From the sequence record OZ374479.1: 32,000 bases of DNA; one strand, 5' to 3'. Under the pieces are notes generated by a model, which saw only the letters and a list, made by a program, of their open reading frames with translations, did not search any database and had not been told where the DNA came from. Of the stretch, positions 10,636 to 22,826 are shown piece after piece. A program made the translations under genes and the position numbers. The number at the start of each line of letters is the position of its first letter. The stretch's first letter is position 1.

Positions 10636-10664
10636 TTGTCAGCGACGTGGAACCCATGTACAAT
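10636..10664 (+). promoter_or_regulatory. Candidate bacterial-type (PEP) promoter of rbcL: TTGTCA - 17 nt - TACAAT
   Basis: The hexamers at 10636..10641 and 10659..10664 have exactly 17-nt spacing, about 98 nt upstream of the rbcL ATG. Confidence 0.45.
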
Positions 10665-10761
10665 AAAAAAGAAAGGTGTTTCCGTGTTCGCACGTGTAAA
10701 GCACATTCATACGAGTAGATTTAGAGATTATGGATTCGTGTTCTTCATAAAGAGAAAAATT

Positions 10762-12189
10762 ATGTCACCGCAAACTCAAACTCAAACACAAGCTGGATTC
10801 AAAGCTGGAGTTAAGGATTACCGTTTAACTTACTACACACCTGATTACCAGGTACAAGCAACTGATATTCTTGCAGCATTCCGTATGACTCCACAGCCAG
10901 GTGTACCTGCTGAAGAGTGTGGAGCAGCAGTAGCAGCTGAATCATCAACTGGAACATGGACAACTGTATGGACTGATGGTCTTACTCAGCTTGATCGTTA
11001 CAAGGGTCGTTGTTACGACATCGAGCCAGTTCCTGGTGAAGATAACCAGTACATTTGTTACATTGCTTACCCAATCGATTTATTTGAGGAAGGTTCAGTA
11101 ACTAACCTTTTCACATCTATTGTAGGTAACGTATTCGGATTCAAGGCACTTCGTGCTCTCCGTTTAGAGGACTTACGTATTCCAGTAGCTTACTGTAAGA
11201 CTTTCCAGGGTGCTCCACACGGAATCCAGGTTGAGCGTGATAAGTTAAACAAGTACGGACGTGGTCTCCTTGGATGTACTATTAAGCCTAAGCTTGGACT
11301 TTCTGCTAAGAACTACGGTCGTGCAGTATACGAGTGTCTTCGTGGTGGTCTTGACTTCACTAAGGATGATGAGAACGTAAACTCTCAGCCATTCATGCGT
11401 TGGCGTGACCGTTTCCTTTTCGTAGCTGAGGCTATCTACAAGGCTCAAGCAGAAACAGGTGAGATTAAGGGACACTACCTTAACGTAACTGCTGCAACAT
11501 CTGAAGAGATGATCAAGCGTACTCAGTGTGCTAAGGAATTAGGACTTCCAATTGTAATGCATGACTACATTACTGGTGGTTTCACTGCAAACACTTCACT
11601 TTCACTTTACTGTCGTGACCACGGATTACTTCTCCACATTCACCGTGCAATGCACGCAGTAATTGACCGTCAGCGTAACCACGGAATCCACTTCCGTGTA
11701 CTTGCTAAGGCTCTCCGTATGTCTGGAGGTGACCACCTTCACTCAGGAACTGTAGTAGGTAAGCTTGAAGGTGAGCGTAACGTAACACTTGGTTTCGTTG
11801 ACCTTATGCGTGACCCAATCGTTGAGAAGGACCGTGACCGTGGAGTTTACTTCACTCAGAACTGGGGTTCTCTTCCTGGAGTAATGCCAGTAGCATCTGG
11901 TGGTATTCACGTATGGCACATGCCAGCTCTCGTAGAGATTTTTGGTGATGACGCTTGTTTACAATTCGGTGGTGGAACACTTGGACACCCATGGGGTAAC
12001 GCACCTGGTGCATCTGCTAACCGTGTAGCTCTTGAGGCTTGTACTCAGGCTCGTAACGAAGGTCGTGACCTTGCTCGTGAAGGTGGAGATGTTATCCGTG
12101 CAGCTTGTAAGTGGTCTCCTGAGCTTGCAGCAGCATGTGAAGTATGGAAAGAGATTAAGTTCGAATTCGATACTATGGATACTCTTTAA
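10762..12189 (+). CDS. rbcL: RuBisCO large subunit (form IB)
   Basis: 475 aa from [29 protein letters not shown], with active-site region [23 protein letters not shown]. The longer ORF-track start at 10573 overlaps trnF and is not conserved. Confidence 0.99.
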   Translation: MSPQTQTQTQAGFKAGVKDYRLTYYTPDYQVQATDILAAFRMTPQPGVPAEECGAAVAAESSTGTWTTVWTDGLTQLDRYKGRCYDIEPVPGEDNQYICYIAYPIDLFEEGSVTNLFTSIVGNVFGFKALRALRLEDLRIPVAYCKTFQGAPHGIQVERDKLNKYGRGLLGCTIKPKLGLSAKNYGRAVYECLRGGLDFTKDDENVNSQPFMRWRDRFLFVAEAIYKAQAETGEIKGHYLNVTAATSEEMIKRTQCAKELGLPIVMHDYITGGFTANTSLSLYCRDHGLLLHIHRAMHAVIDRQRNHGIHFRVLAKALRMSGGDHLHSGTVVGKLEGERNVTLGFVDLMRDPIVEKDRDRGVYFTQNWGSLPGVMPVASGGIHVWHMPALVEIFGDDACLQFGGGTLGHPWGNAPGASANRVALEACTQARNEGRDLAREGGDVIRAACKWSPELAAACEVWKEIKFEFDTMDTL

Positions 12190-12236
12190 TTAGTACCTTT
12201 GTGTATTAAATACTTGTATTTGATACCTAACTCTTT

Positions 12237-12288
12237 GTGCCCTATCATGTTATGGTAGGGCACGAAGTGTATCCACTTGTGGATACAC
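12237..12288 (+). terminator. rbcL 3' tandem stem-loops
   Basis: GTGCCCTATCAT-GTT-ATGGTAGGGCAC at 12237..12263 (one G.U pair) and GTGTATCCAC-TT-GTGGATACAC at 12267..12288. Confidence 0.6.
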
Positions 12289-12318
12289 CATTTATACACC
12301 CACCAAAGTATCAATATT

Positions 12319-12432
12319 ATGATTGAAACACTTCTTTTTGGGATTGTTCTTGGACTCATCCCTGTGACACTTTCTGGGCTTTTTGTAACAGCCTACCTTC
12401 AATACCGTCGTGGAGATCAATTAAATCTTTAG
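12319..12432 (+). CDS. petG: Cytochrome b6f subunit V
   Basis: 37 aa, [37 protein letters not shown]. Confidence 0.93.
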   Translation: MIETLLFGIVLGLIPVTLSGLFVTAYLQYRRGDQLNL

Positions 12433-12872
12433 ATTTATTTTTTTCATCACGGGCATTCCATGCGCCACGTGAGGGGCGAATCGCAACGGTTGCCTTTGCA
12501 TCCCAAACTAGGAACGCCCCATATCCACTTGGCTCGTTGAAGGCTCCCGATGCCTTCCTACATCATACTTTAAAGATCCAAACATATATCCTCTCCTTTT
12601 CTACTGATAGTGAACTTGTGTCTATAACCCCATATACGAGGTATCCCGTTTCTATACCACCACGGGCAGCATTTTGTATGGAAATGACCATTTAAATACA
12701 TATGAAAAATATGAGAAAGTAAAACCACACGGCGGATGAGATCCAATAGATTTGTTCATGTTCATATAAACACGAGTATTTATAAATTTGTGTACTTTAC
12801 AAAAGTATAAGATGAATCTATATACGAAAAGATTGTTGTATAAGTAAGAGCTTTATTTTATATATCTAGTTT

Positions 12873-12898
12873 ACATGTCCCGGTATACCGGGACGTGT
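12873..12898 (-). terminator. petA 3' stem-loop (11-bp stem with one G.U, loop TATA)
   Basis: ACATGTCCCGG-TATA-CCGGGACGTGT lies about 48 nt downstream of the petA stop. A second 7-bp hairpin lies at 12906..12928. Confidence 0.5.
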
Positions 12899-12945
12899 AT
12901 TACACGCTTATGTATAAGAAGCATAAGCTATAATATCCAAATGGA

Positions 12946-13869
12946 TTAGAAGTTCATTTCTGAAAGTTGTACTTTCTCGAATTGCTTCTTCTTAAGAACA
13001 AGGAATACTTGTGCAATAAGAACAAATCCAAGGAAAATAATAAGTCCTTGAAGACGAGCTGGGTTTTGGAGTACAATTTCTGTCTCTCCTTGTCCAAATC
13101 CACCTACATTAGGGTTATTTGTTAATGGTTGATCTGCTTGTACAGCTTGTCCTACTGATACAAGAATATCTGGTCCAGCTGGAATAGCTGTTGTTACTTT
13201 ATCACCTGCAGCTGATGCAATAATGACATCTACACCTTTATCAGTGGTATTAATAGCAGTTACCGTTCCAGTAGCTGGTGAGTTGTATACAGTGTTGTTA
13301 CTCTTTGTACCATCTGGGTATACTTGCCCACGCCCACGGTTCCCACCAAGGTAGATTGGGTACGTAAGGTAGTTTACATCTTTGGATTTTGCTGGATCTG
13401 GTGCAAGGATTGGGAAAACCATTTCACTGTATTTTTTCCCAGGAACTGGTCCAACAATAATAATGTTCTTCTTAGATTCACTGTACGGTTGGAAGTAAAG
13501 CTTTCCAACTTTCTCTTGAAGTTCTGAAGAAATACGCTCAGGTGGTGCAATTTGGAAACCCTCAGGAAGGATAAGAACAGCTCCAACATTTAATGGACCT
13601 TTTTTCCCGTTTCCAAGAACTTGCTTCACTTGCTGATCATATGGAATTTTTACCACAGCTTCAAACACTGAGTCTGGAAGAACCGCTTGTGGTACTTCAA
13701 TATCTACTGGTTTTTGTGCAAGGTGGCAGTTAGCACACACAATACGACCTGTTGCTTCACGTGGGTTTTCATACCCATTCTGTGCGTATACTGGATAAGC
13801 ATTTGCTGATCCTGTGAATGCAAGCATACATGCTGCTGCTACAGTCACAAAAAAGTTTTTGTTATTCAT
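12946..13869 (-). CDS. petA: Cytochrome f precursor
   Basis: 307 aa with a signal peptide, then [27 protein letters not shown] (heme-binding CANCH) and a C-terminal membrane anchor. Confidence 0.98.
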   Translation of the reverse strand: MNNKNFFVTVAAACMLAFTGSANAYPVYAQNGYENPREATGRIVCANCHLAQKPVDIEVPQAVLPDSVFEAVVKIPYDQQVKQVLGNGKKGPLNVGAVLILPEGFQIAPPERISSELQEKVGKLYFQPYSESKKNIIIVGPVPGKKYSEMVFPILAPDPAKSKDVNYLTYPIYLGGNRGRGQVYPDGTKSNNTVYNSPATGTVTAINTTDKGVDVIIASAAGDKVTTAIPAGPDILVSVGQAVQADQPLTNNPNVGGFGQGETEIVLQNPARLQGLIIFLGFVLIAQVFLVLKKKQFEKVQLSEMNF

Positions 13870-13910
13870 AGTGAACGTTAATGAAAATATAAATGGAAAT
13901 TTCCTTTATA

Positions 13911-13982
13911 CTGGGGCAGAAGGACTCGAACCTCCGAATAACGGAGCCAAAAACCGTCGCCTTACCACTTGGCTATGCCCCA
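13911..13982 (-). tRNA. trnQ: tRNA-Gln (UUG)
   Basis: The reverse complement is TGGGGCATAGCCAAGTGGTAAGGCGACGGTTTTTGGCTCCGTTATTCGGAGGTTCGAGTCCTTCTGCCCCAG. Confidence 0.92.
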
Positions 13983-14147
13983 AACTACAGTATATTATGA
14001 AGGGAGGTGACAAAAAAGTCAACGCATTCCCAAAAAGTCACTGACTGCCTTGACTCCATTCTTATACAAGAATGCGTTCGACAAATATAATACCAAAGAT
14101 GCTCGACATAATACGTCTCACATCTTTAGCTGAGCAGAATAAGTATG

Positions 14148-14450
14148 TTACCAACTCGATTTTCGCACACCTGGAAGTAAACATTGGTGTGCCATTTCAC
14201 GTAATACATGTCGTGAGAGACCGAAATCACGGTAGTATCCTTTTGGTCGACCTGTTTGTACACATCGATTGTGTAAACGAACTGGCGCACTATTGCGTGG
14301 TAATGTCTGGAATTGTCGGTGGATAGTTACCACTTCACGAATTGAACCTGCATTACGAAGATCTTGTTTAAATTGTGCACGCTTTTGTGCATATTTTTGT
14401 ACAAGACGCTGGCGTTTTGTTTCACGCGCAATCATCGATTTTTTTGCCAT
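14148..14450 (-). CDS. rps14: Ribosomal protein S14
   Basis: 100 aa, [20 protein letters not shown]...[43 protein letters not shown]. Confidence 0.97.
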   Translation of the reverse strand: MAKKSMIARETKRQRLVQKYAQKRAQFKQDLRNAGSIREVVTIHRQFQTLPRNSAPVRLHNRCVQTGRPKGYYRDFGLSRHVLREMAHQCLLPGVRKSSW

Positions 14451-14664
14451 ATGTCAAAGAGGATTAAAAATATAAAAAGGGCTTGCGAAGCAAGGTTGCT
14501 CGTCTAGAGCAAGTGTGTTGAAACACATAGAATTCTTTATTCGTACTTTACCACATTTTTCACCGCTCGTCATCTTTTTGTCGAAATTCCTTATTTATCT
14601 TTGTGATATGAAGTAAAGGTAGAGGCAATACCTTGATGTATGGAAAACGTGCCTATATGTTGAC

Positions 14665-14686
14665 TTTGGGCCTAGAAAGGCCCAAA
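14665..14686 (-). terminator. atpA 3' hairpin TTTGGGCCT-AGAA-AGGCCCAAA
   Basis: Perfect 9-bp stem 64 nt downstream of the atpA stop. Confidence 0.5.
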
Positions 14687-14749
14687 AACAACCTCTACAC
14701 AATGACATTGTGGTATTCAAGTTCGCAGGTAGAGAATGAGTTCGCTAGA

Positions 14750-16300
<1,551 letters not shown>

Positions 16301-16474
16301 TTAACTTTTCACAAATTGGGAAGCCTTACAGTGAGACACGATGCGTCTCAAACAGTTTAAAAAGGGCTAACCGCATAAGGGGAAGACAGCTAAGGCAAAA
16401 CCTATGTCTTCAAGAGCGTTTATATTCTGCGACCTAAGGTGCAGCGCTCAAAAAAAGCACGATGTACTCACTAT

Positions 16475-16981
16475 TTAAAGTGAGCTGTTCATAAGTGCAA
16501 TCTTTGCATCAATGTATTTACGGTGAAGTTTCTCGTTCATACGTGAACGGATCCCTTCAATCGCTTTTTCAAAAGCTACACTGATAAGTTGTTGACGGAA
16601 TGCGTTTACAACTTTTTCTTCTTCAAGGCGAACTGTTTCGGCTTTAAGATCATCAAAACGTTGATGAAGTTCTTCATAACGTTTTGTTTCCTCAAGACGA
16701 AGGGCTTCCATTGTTTTCTGTCCTTCGTTTTGAATCTCTTTTACTTTGTCAGCAGCAAGTGCGAGTTCAGATTTAGCTGCATCAAGTTCTAATTGAGCTT
16801 GCTTAAATCGATCGTCTGCACTACGGAGGCTGCTAAGAATTTTCTCTCGTCGAGTATCTAAAATAGATGTGAGTGTATCCTTTCCAAGCGAAAAAACGAG
16901 TGGAAGAACAACAGCGAGGTTGAGAATGTTAGTTTCAAAGAGATTCGTGTTGAATCCGAATCCTTCTGCAAGTGATACCAT
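16475..16981 (-). CDS. atpF: ATP synthase CF0 subunit I (b), no intron
   Basis: 168 aa with FGFNTNLFETNILNLAVVLPLVFSLGKDTL followed by a long charged helix. It sits between atpH and atpA. Confidence 0.93.
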   Translation of the reverse strand: MVSLAEGFGFNTNLFETNILNLAVVLPLVFSLGKDTLTSILDTRREKILSSLRSADDRFKQAQLELDAAKSELALAADKVKEIQNEGQKTMEALRLEETKRYEELHQRFDDLKAETVRLEEEKVVNAFRQQLISVAFEKAIEGIRSRMNEKLHRKYIDAKIALMNSSL

Positions 16982-17228
16982 TCGTGTGAAACCTCCAGGT
17001 AATTTGGAATTTGTATTGTATAGATGATATAAGTCCCATTGTCATTGACGACAGAAGTGAACCTTTTAATCGCAAAGCTACGGGTACCATCTACAGCCGG
17101 AATCATTCTCTTGTGTATGTCTCCTGTGAAGATATCACGCGGATGACCACGGCATAACCGCCCGGGAGCACATTATAATGTACAGCGGGCGGAAAAAAAC
17201 ATTTCTTTTGGAATTTCAGCGAGTGAAA

Positions 17229-17537
<309 letters not shown>

Positions 17538-17870
17538 TTAAAAGCCCATTTGCATTTAATCTTGAAAAGTGAAAGGCGCACGTCTTTTCTTTGGGTGACA
17601 ATTAGATACCTTGATACCATTATCTTTTTAGATATGCATTAGAAAATCGGTCCTATATATTCTTTCACTTTTTTGTGACCACTCATATTATACATATGAT
17701 TTACATAAGTTAAACAGAAGCAAATCATACGTTACGCGTGTCATTGTAAGACGGTAAACGCATTTTATCGCATACAAAAAATCAATACACATGAGACAAA
17801 AACGGCTGTGTATTGTATACATAGGTGTTGGAATTGATTTATGTCTCTTTTGTTAGGATTTTCACGTGTT

Positions 17871-17892
17871 GAGCGGATGGTTTCATCCGCTC
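17871..17892 (-). terminator. atpI 3' hairpin GAGCGGATG-GTTT-CATCCGCTC
   Basis: Perfect 9-bp stem about 75 nt downstream of the atpI stop, within the 489-nt atpI-atpH spacer. Confidence 0.45.
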
Positions 17893-17966
17893 CGTGAAGG
17901 TTATTGTAACGTTATGTTACTTTTACAAATGTGTACGCCATACAAAGTATGGTGTATACGCGAAGA

Positions 17967-18677
17967 TTAGTGTCCTTCAAGCGCTTCACCAATGTATGCT
18001 CCAGCAAGTGTCGCAAAAATAAGTGCTTGAATTGCACTAGTAAAAAGCCCAAGGAAAATAAGCGGAATTGGAATCACAAGAGGGACTAATGATACAAGTA
18101 CAGCTACCACAAGCTCATCAGCAAGGATGTTTCCAAAAAGACGGAAACTTAATGATAATGGCTTTGTGAAATCCTCAAGAACGTTAATTGGAAGAAGAAT
18201 TGGTGTAGGTTCTACGTATTTTCCAAAATATTCTAACCCTTTTTTCTTTAATCCAGCATAGAAGTATGCTACAGATACTAAAAGAGCAAGTGCTACTGTT
18301 GTATTAATATCATTTGTTGGTGCGCCAAGTTCTCCATTTGGAAGTTCAATAACTTTCCATGGGATAAGTGCACCTGACCAGTTTGAAACAAAGATGAAAA
18401 GGAAAAGTGTTCCAATAAATGGTGTCCACGTTAAGTAGTCTTCTCCAATCTGTGTTTTCGCAATGTCACGAATGTATTCTACAACGAACTCAGCTAAGTT
18501 TTGCCCGCCTTCTGGCACTGGCTTTAAATCACTTGTCGTTACAAGTGCAAATGCAATCACAAGTGCAAGTACAATCCCTGAATTGATTAATACTTGTCCG
18601 TGCATTTGGAACCCACCGAGAGTCCAATAAAAATGTTGACCGATTTCAACGGCAGAAATATCGTATAAGAAATTCAT
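17967..18677 (-). CDS. atpI: ATP synthase CF0 subunit IV (a)
   Basis: 236 aa, [30 protein letters not shown]...[16 protein letters not shown]. Confidence 0.98.
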   Translation of the reverse strand: MNFLYDISAVEIGQHFYWTLGGFQMHGQVLINSGIVLALVIAFALVTTSDLKPVPEGGQNLAEFVVEYIRDIAKTQIGEDYLTWTPFIGTLFLFIFVSNWSGALIPWKVIELPNGELGAPTNDINTTVALALLVSVAYFYAGLKKKGLEYFGKYVEPTPILLPINVLEDFTKPLSLSFRLFGNILADELVVAVLVSLVPLVIPIPLIFLGLFTSAIQALIFATLAGAYIGEALEGH

Positions 18678-18782
18678 CCCCTTTCTCCATGCTTTGATGT
18701 CTCACACCGATATCATACCTTATTTTTTTGAAATGAACATGCTGATTCTATTTATTTCAAAGGCATTACCTAAAATAATGTT

Positions 18783-18855
18783 TAGGGATAAGGAGATTCG
18801 AACTCCTGGCAACAGATGTCGGAAATCTGTGCTCTATCCACTGAGCTATACCCCT
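18783..18855 (-). tRNA. trnR: tRNA-Arg (CCG)
   Basis: The reverse complement parses as AGGGGTA-TA-GCTC-AGTGGATA-GAGC-A-CAGAT-TTCCGAC-ATCTG-TTGCC-AGGAG-TTCGAAT-CTCCT-TATCCCT-A. Anticodon positions 34-36 are CCG. Confidence 0.85.
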
Positions 18856-18874
18856 TTGTACCCTTCTTCTTTTT

Positions 18875-18959
18875 TGTGGCTGGAGGGATTTGAACCCTCA
18901 CGCAGTATTAGCTGCAGGAGATTTTAAGTCTCCAGTGTCTACCATTCCACCACAGCCAC
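18875..18959 (-). tRNA. trnL: tRNA-Leu (UAA), type II, no intron
   Basis: The reverse complement is GTGGCTGTGGTGGAATGGTAGACACTGGAGACTTAAAATCTCC...GAGGGTTCAAATCCCTCCAGCCACA, with a contiguous anticodon loop CTTAAAA. Confidence 0.9.
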
Positions 18960-18973
18960 ACGATTTTCTTAAT

Positions 18974-19054
18974 TGGGCCGAACTGGATTTGAACCAGTGT
19001 AGGCAAGCCAGCGGATTTACAGTCCGCCCCCATTAACCACTCGGGCATCGACCC
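18974..19054 (-). tRNA. trnY: tRNA-Tyr (GUA), type II
   Basis: The reverse complement is GGGTCGATGCCCGAGTGGTTAATGGGGGCGGACTGTAAATCCGC...CTGGTTCAAATCCAGTTCGGCCCA. Confidence 0.93.
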
Positions 19055-19085
19055 ATTGATGCGAAACCCCACCGTTGATGGGACA

Positions 19086-19166
19086 TGTCTTAGAGAGGAC
19101 TCGAACCTCCACGCCGATAAGCACAAACCCCTCAAGCTTGCGTGTCTACCATTCCACCACTAAGAC
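19086..19166 (-). tRNA. trnL: tRNA-Leu (GAG), type II
   Basis: The reverse complement is GTCTTAGTGGTGGAATGGTAGACACGCAAGCTTGAGGGGTTTG...GGAGGTTCGAGTCCTCTCTAAGACA, with anticodon loop TTGAGGG. Confidence 0.85.
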
Positions 19167-19290
19167 ATACTTGTAGTGTACAGGAAATACGTAAAGAGTT
19201 CAAGTATTTCTTGCACACTTGCAGGTATGCGTGCATTATTCATGTGTGCCTCTCATGGAGGCACGCATAAAATAGACATACGCCAAACAA

Positions 19291-19677
19291 TTAACGTTTT
19301 GAAAATTGTGGAGCTTTACGTGCTTTCTTTAATCCATACTTTTTACGCTCTTTTTTCAGTGCATTTCGTGTAAGGAAACCTTGTGCTTTTAATTCTGCAC
19401 GATATGTTTGATCCATTAAACAAAGTGCACGCGCACAGCCAAGGCAAATCGCATCTGCTTGACCTGTAAGCCCACCACCTGTTGTTTGAATAAACACATC
19501 ACATTTCTCTTGTAATTCGAAGAGTTCTAAAGGTTTAAGAATATTAGGGTATTTCCCTTGTAAGTAGACTTGCGCGTCTACTTGATTAATTTGAATTGTT
19601 CCCGTTCCGGGGGAAGAAATTCGAACTTGAGCACTTGCTCGTTTACGTCGTCCCGTAGCCGACCAAATTTGTTGCAT
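19291..19677 (-). CDS. rps9: Ribosomal protein S9
   Basis: 128 aa from the ATG at 19677 (the ORF track begins 2 codons earlier at TTG). It ends ...[19 protein letters not shown]...[22 protein letters not shown]. Confidence 0.95.
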   Translation of the reverse strand: MQQIWSATGRRKRASAQVRISSPGTGTIQINQVDAQVYLQGKYPNILKPLELFELQEKCDVFIQTTGGGLTGQADAICLGCARALCLMDQTYRAELKAQGFLTRNALKKERKKYGLKKARKAPQFSKR

Positions 19678-19784
19678 ATACAATCTCCATTGTTTATAGT
19701 AATGCCCACGTCTAAGAGAGCAGAGGACATACCCATCTTACTGCAATGCGTGTGCACGGAAATGAGACATCATAGAAACCATGA

Positions 19785-20861
19785 TTATGTCTCTTGGACT
19801 AATTCAATCCCATACGTTTCTAAGGCTTTTGTAACTTCTTCTGCCGATTTCTGGCCAAAGTTACGAAGCGCAAGAAGGCTTTGATACGATTCACGTGACA
19901 AGTCAGCCAACGTAAGAATCTGTGCACGTTTTAAACAATTGTAGGCGCGTAACGAAAGTTCGAGCTGTTCAATTGCAATTGTTTCAAAATACGCCATTTG
20001 ATTCGTTGGTGTCCCTACAGGTGTAGATACCTCTTCGATACCAACTACTGGGCGTGGGTCTTGAAGTGTTGCACGTGTAATTTCAGTTAGGATTGCACCA
20101 GCATGTTTAAATGCTGCATGTGGATGCACGCTCCCATTTGTAGTAATTTCAAAATGAATGTATTCCCCATGTGGGGGTCCATCATGTACTGCAAAATTGA
20201 CAATTTTAACTGGCATAAAATTGCCATCAATGGGTTGAAACACACCTGATTTTACCTGTTCAATCTGTGGCATATCGATTTGGCGCGGTGGATAAAACCC
20301 AGTCCCATAAGGTTGGGTTGGTTTTTTCCATACACGATACCCTGTCGCTTGCTCAAGAATAAAGGTTAAATGAAACGGTGTGTGCGGATTCATTAATGTT
20401 GCAATTGGTTGCGTTGGATCAACGCATTGTACGCCCTCAGGTAAATCCATATCACCTACACAAATAACGCGTGGTTCATTCGGGATAACAGCAATATCAT
20501 CTATTGTGTCCATTTGTAGTGTTGGTTGTGGATCAATTACAATTGTTCCCTGTGGGGCAAGTACATCAGGAAATGTATTAAAAAATACAACATCACGTAA
20601 ATTGAGGAAAATTTCCACAACAGATTCACGGATACCTGGTAGAGTTACAAACTCCGTTCGTGCATCATTAAGTTTTGCTGCTGTAATAGCAACACCAGGT
20701 AAATCATTTAATAGGAGTCTACGAAATGTATTCCCAAGCGTTACACCTTGTCCAGGAGCAACTGGGCCAAGAATAAGTCGTGCATAATGATCACGCGGAC
20801 TATTTTCTCGAAATTCAACACACTCCAACTTTGCCGACGAATTTGGAACGATAAAATTCAT
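19785..20861 (-). CDS. rpoA: RNA polymerase alpha subunit
   Basis: Contains LECVEFRENSPRDHYARLILGPVAPGQGVTLGNTFRRLLLNDLPGVAI and a C-terminal domain LELSLRAYNCLKRAQILTLADL. The start is ambiguous: ATG 20861 fits homolog spacing, while an upstream in-frame ATG at 20921 adds 20 codons. Confidence 0.93.
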   Translation of the reverse strand: MNFIVPNSSAKLECVEFRENSPRDHYARLILGPVAPGQGVTLGNTFRRLLLNDLPGVAITAAKLNDARTEFVTLPGIRESVVEIFLNLRDVVFFNTFPDVLAPQGTIVIDPQPTLQMDTIDDIAVIPNEPRVICVGDMDLPEGVQCVDPTQPIATLMNPHTPFHLTFILEQATGYRVWKKPTQPYGTGFYPPRQIDMPQIEQVKSGVFQPIDGNFMPVKIVNFAVHDGPPHGEYIHFEITTNGSVHPHAAFKHAGAILTEITRATLQDPRPVVGIEEVSTPVGTPTNQMAYFETIAIEQLELSLRAYNCLKRAQILTLADLSRESYQSLLALRNFGQKSAEEVTKALETYGIELVQET

Positions 20862-21047
20862 AGTAGTTGTAGATATTGGTTGATATACACAGGCCAAGTT
20901 AAGTCCAATGAACAGAAACATTCATGCATAAAAAGCATCAATATGTTCCATATTTTGGATACAACTGTTCTATGCTTGCCCAAGGAAAAGATTTAGAGCT
21001 TTACCTGCATGGCAACAAGAAACAGTTGTATTGCATTGACACTGTGA

Positions 21048-21440
21048 TTATACACGACGTTTCTTTGGTGGTCGGCATCCATTATGTGGTAATGGTGTTA
21101 CATCACGGATTAATGTGATCCCTAAACCAATTTGTTGAAGCGCACGGATTGCCATTTCACGTCCAGCACCTGGTCCTTTAACCATCACGTCAACGTATTT
21201 TAAACCGTAGTCAAGTGATTTACGTGCTGCTTCTTCAGCAGCAGTCTGTGCAGCAAATGGTGTACCTTTACGGGCACCACGGAATCCACATGCACCTGAC
21301 GATGATGAGGCAATCACCATGCCAGAACGGTCACTAATTGTAACCAATGTATTATTAAACGTGGCTAAAATATGTACAACGCCACGTTGTACCTTTCGGC
21401 GGGCTTTTTTTTGTACGCCTTTACGCTGTTTACTAGCCAT
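21048..21440 (-). CDS. rps11: Ribosomal protein S11
   Basis: 130 aa, ...[21 protein letters not shown]...[15 protein letters not shown]...[18 protein letters not shown]. Confidence 0.97.
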   Translation of the reverse strand: MASKQRKGVQKKARRKVQRGVVHILATFNNTLVTISDRSGMVIASSSSGACGFRGARKGTPFAAQTAAEEAARKSLDYGLKYVDVMVKGPGAGREMAIRALQQIGLGITLIRDVTPLPHNGCRPPKKRRV

Positions 21441-21568
21441 AGTATAAATTTACCGATATAGAATAAAAAAAGCTCAAAATAAAGATGGACCCTAAGGGTA
21501 CCCATGTGAACAAAGGAATGGTGGGTCTCTCTGCTCCGGTATTCGACCAAAAAAGAGTAGGGCAGTAT

Positions 21569-21826
21569 CTACGTTGTAGATGGAGGTGCACCCATTCCTT
21601 TATCTTTATTACGTAAACGATACGTAATACGTCCTTTTGTTAAATCGTATGGTGTTAATTCAACGATCACACGATCACCTAAAAGGATTTTGATAGAATT
21701 CCGACGAATTTTTCCGGAAATATGGGCAAGCACTTGGAAACCATTTTCAAGCTCTACTTGAAACATTGCATTTGGAAGAGATTCCATTACGGTCCCTTCC
21801 ATTTCAATAAGTTCACGATCAGCCAT
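21569..21826 (-). CDS. infA: Translation initiation factor IF-1
   Basis: 85 aa, ...[64 protein letters not shown]. Confidence 0.96.
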   Translation of the reverse strand: MADRELIEMEGTVMESLPNAMFQVELENGFQVLAHISGKIRRNSIKILLGDRVIVELTPYDLTKGRITYRLRNKDKGMGAPPSTT

Positions 21827-21829
21827 ATA

Positions 21830-22198
21830 TTACCAAAGGTAACAAAGCACTTCACCACCAATTCCTAAAGCGCGTGCTTTTTTCTCCGTCATAATACCTT
21901 GTGACGTTGAAATAATTGCAATTCCCATGCCATTTAAAACACGAGGGAGTTCTTTATGGTTTACATAAATACGAACACCCGGTGTACTAACACGTTGAAA
22001 TGTTTTTACTGAACGCTTTAACGTTACCTCGAACATCCCATTGACTTCTGGTTCGACACTCGAAAGAAAGCCTTCTTGGAACAATAATTGTGCAATATTG
22101 CGCGTTACTCGTGTTGCACGCAACACAACTGACGTCTTATTTGCAAGATGGGCATTACGTAATCGCGTAAGCATATCTGCAATTGTGTCATTAATCAT
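21830..22198 (-). CDS. rps8: Ribosomal protein S8
   Basis: 122 aa from MINDTIADMLTRLRNAHL. An upstream in-frame ATG at 22219 adds 7 non-conserved codons. Confidence 0.95.
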   Translation of the reverse strand: MINDTIADMLTRLRNAHLANKTSVVLRATRVTRNIAQLLFQEGFLSSVEPEVNGMFEVTLKRSVKTFQRVSTPGVRIYVNHKELPRVLNGMGIAIISTSQGIMTEKKARALGIGGEVLCYLW

Positions 22199-22257
22199 AA
22201 CATTTCCTCTATTGAGCATTTATACACCTGCACACAAGAGTGCATGGTGTGATCGAT

Positions 22258-22812
22258 TTAGTTAATTGCTTTCTCACGGAATGGCATACCAAGCTCTTTT
22301 AAGAGGGCACGTCCTTCCTGATCACTTTGTGACGTTGTCACAATAGCAATATCCATTCCACGGATTTGGTCAATCGTATCATAACTTAATTCAGGGAACA
22401 TTAATTGTTCATCTAAACCAAGGTTAAAATTACCATGTCCATCAAAACTTTTAGGGTTGATACCTTGGAAATCACGAATACGTGGGAGCGCAAGGTTAAC
22501 AAGTCGATCGAAGAAAGCATACATACGTTCTCCGCGTAACGTTACAGAAAGCCCAATAGGCATATCTTCACGAATTTGGAAACCAGCAATAGCTTTTTTT
22601 GAACGCTTCACAACAGGTGTTTGCCCTGCTAATACAGTAAGCTCGCTCGATAATGATTCGAGAAGTTTAGCATTCTGTGAAGCATCTCCCACACCTCGGT
22701 TAATAACAATTTTTTCGAGACATGGGATTTGGTGCGTATTTTTATATTGGAATTGCTCCGTAAGTGCTGTACGCACCTTTGTTAAATACAAATTATGAAG
22801 GCGTTGAATCAT
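22258..22812 (-). CDS. rpl5: Ribosomal protein L5
   Basis: 184 aa, ...[24 protein letters not shown]...GRLNFNLG-like core [19 protein letters not shown]. Confidence 0.96.
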   Translation of the reverse strand: MIQRLHNLYLTKVRTALTEQFQYKNTHQIPCLEKIVINRGVGDASQNAKLLESLSSELTVLAGQTPVVKRSKKAIAGFQIREDMPIGLSVTLRGERMYAFFDRLVNLALPRIRDFQGINPKSFDGHGNFNLGLDEQLMFPELSYDTIDQIRGMDIAIVTTSQSDQEGRALLKELGMPFREKAIN

Positions 22813-22826
22813 AAGCGATAAAAAAC

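Noticed and set aside
12433-12945. Possibility that the petG-petA spacer encodes rnpB, tmRNA (ssrA) or a missed tRNA
   Set aside because: It has no GAGGAAAGTCC-type RNase P motif, no tRNA-like 3' end with a GGTTCGAATCC T-arm, and no cloverleaf that I could fold by eye. It is kept only as a low-interest finding.
16858-17106. 82-aa ORF overlapping the atpF start, considered as a possible atpF exon 1 or N-terminal extension
   Set aside because: It is in a different frame from atpF. The atpF ORF already contains the conserved FGFNT...membrane helix contiguously, so neither an intron nor an extra exon is needed.
21365-21550. 61-aa minus-strand ORF in the infA-rps11 spacer, checked as a possible rpl36
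   Set aside because: Its sequence (MVEYRSRETHHSFVHMG...) bears no resemblance to L36, and it overlaps the 5' end of rps11.
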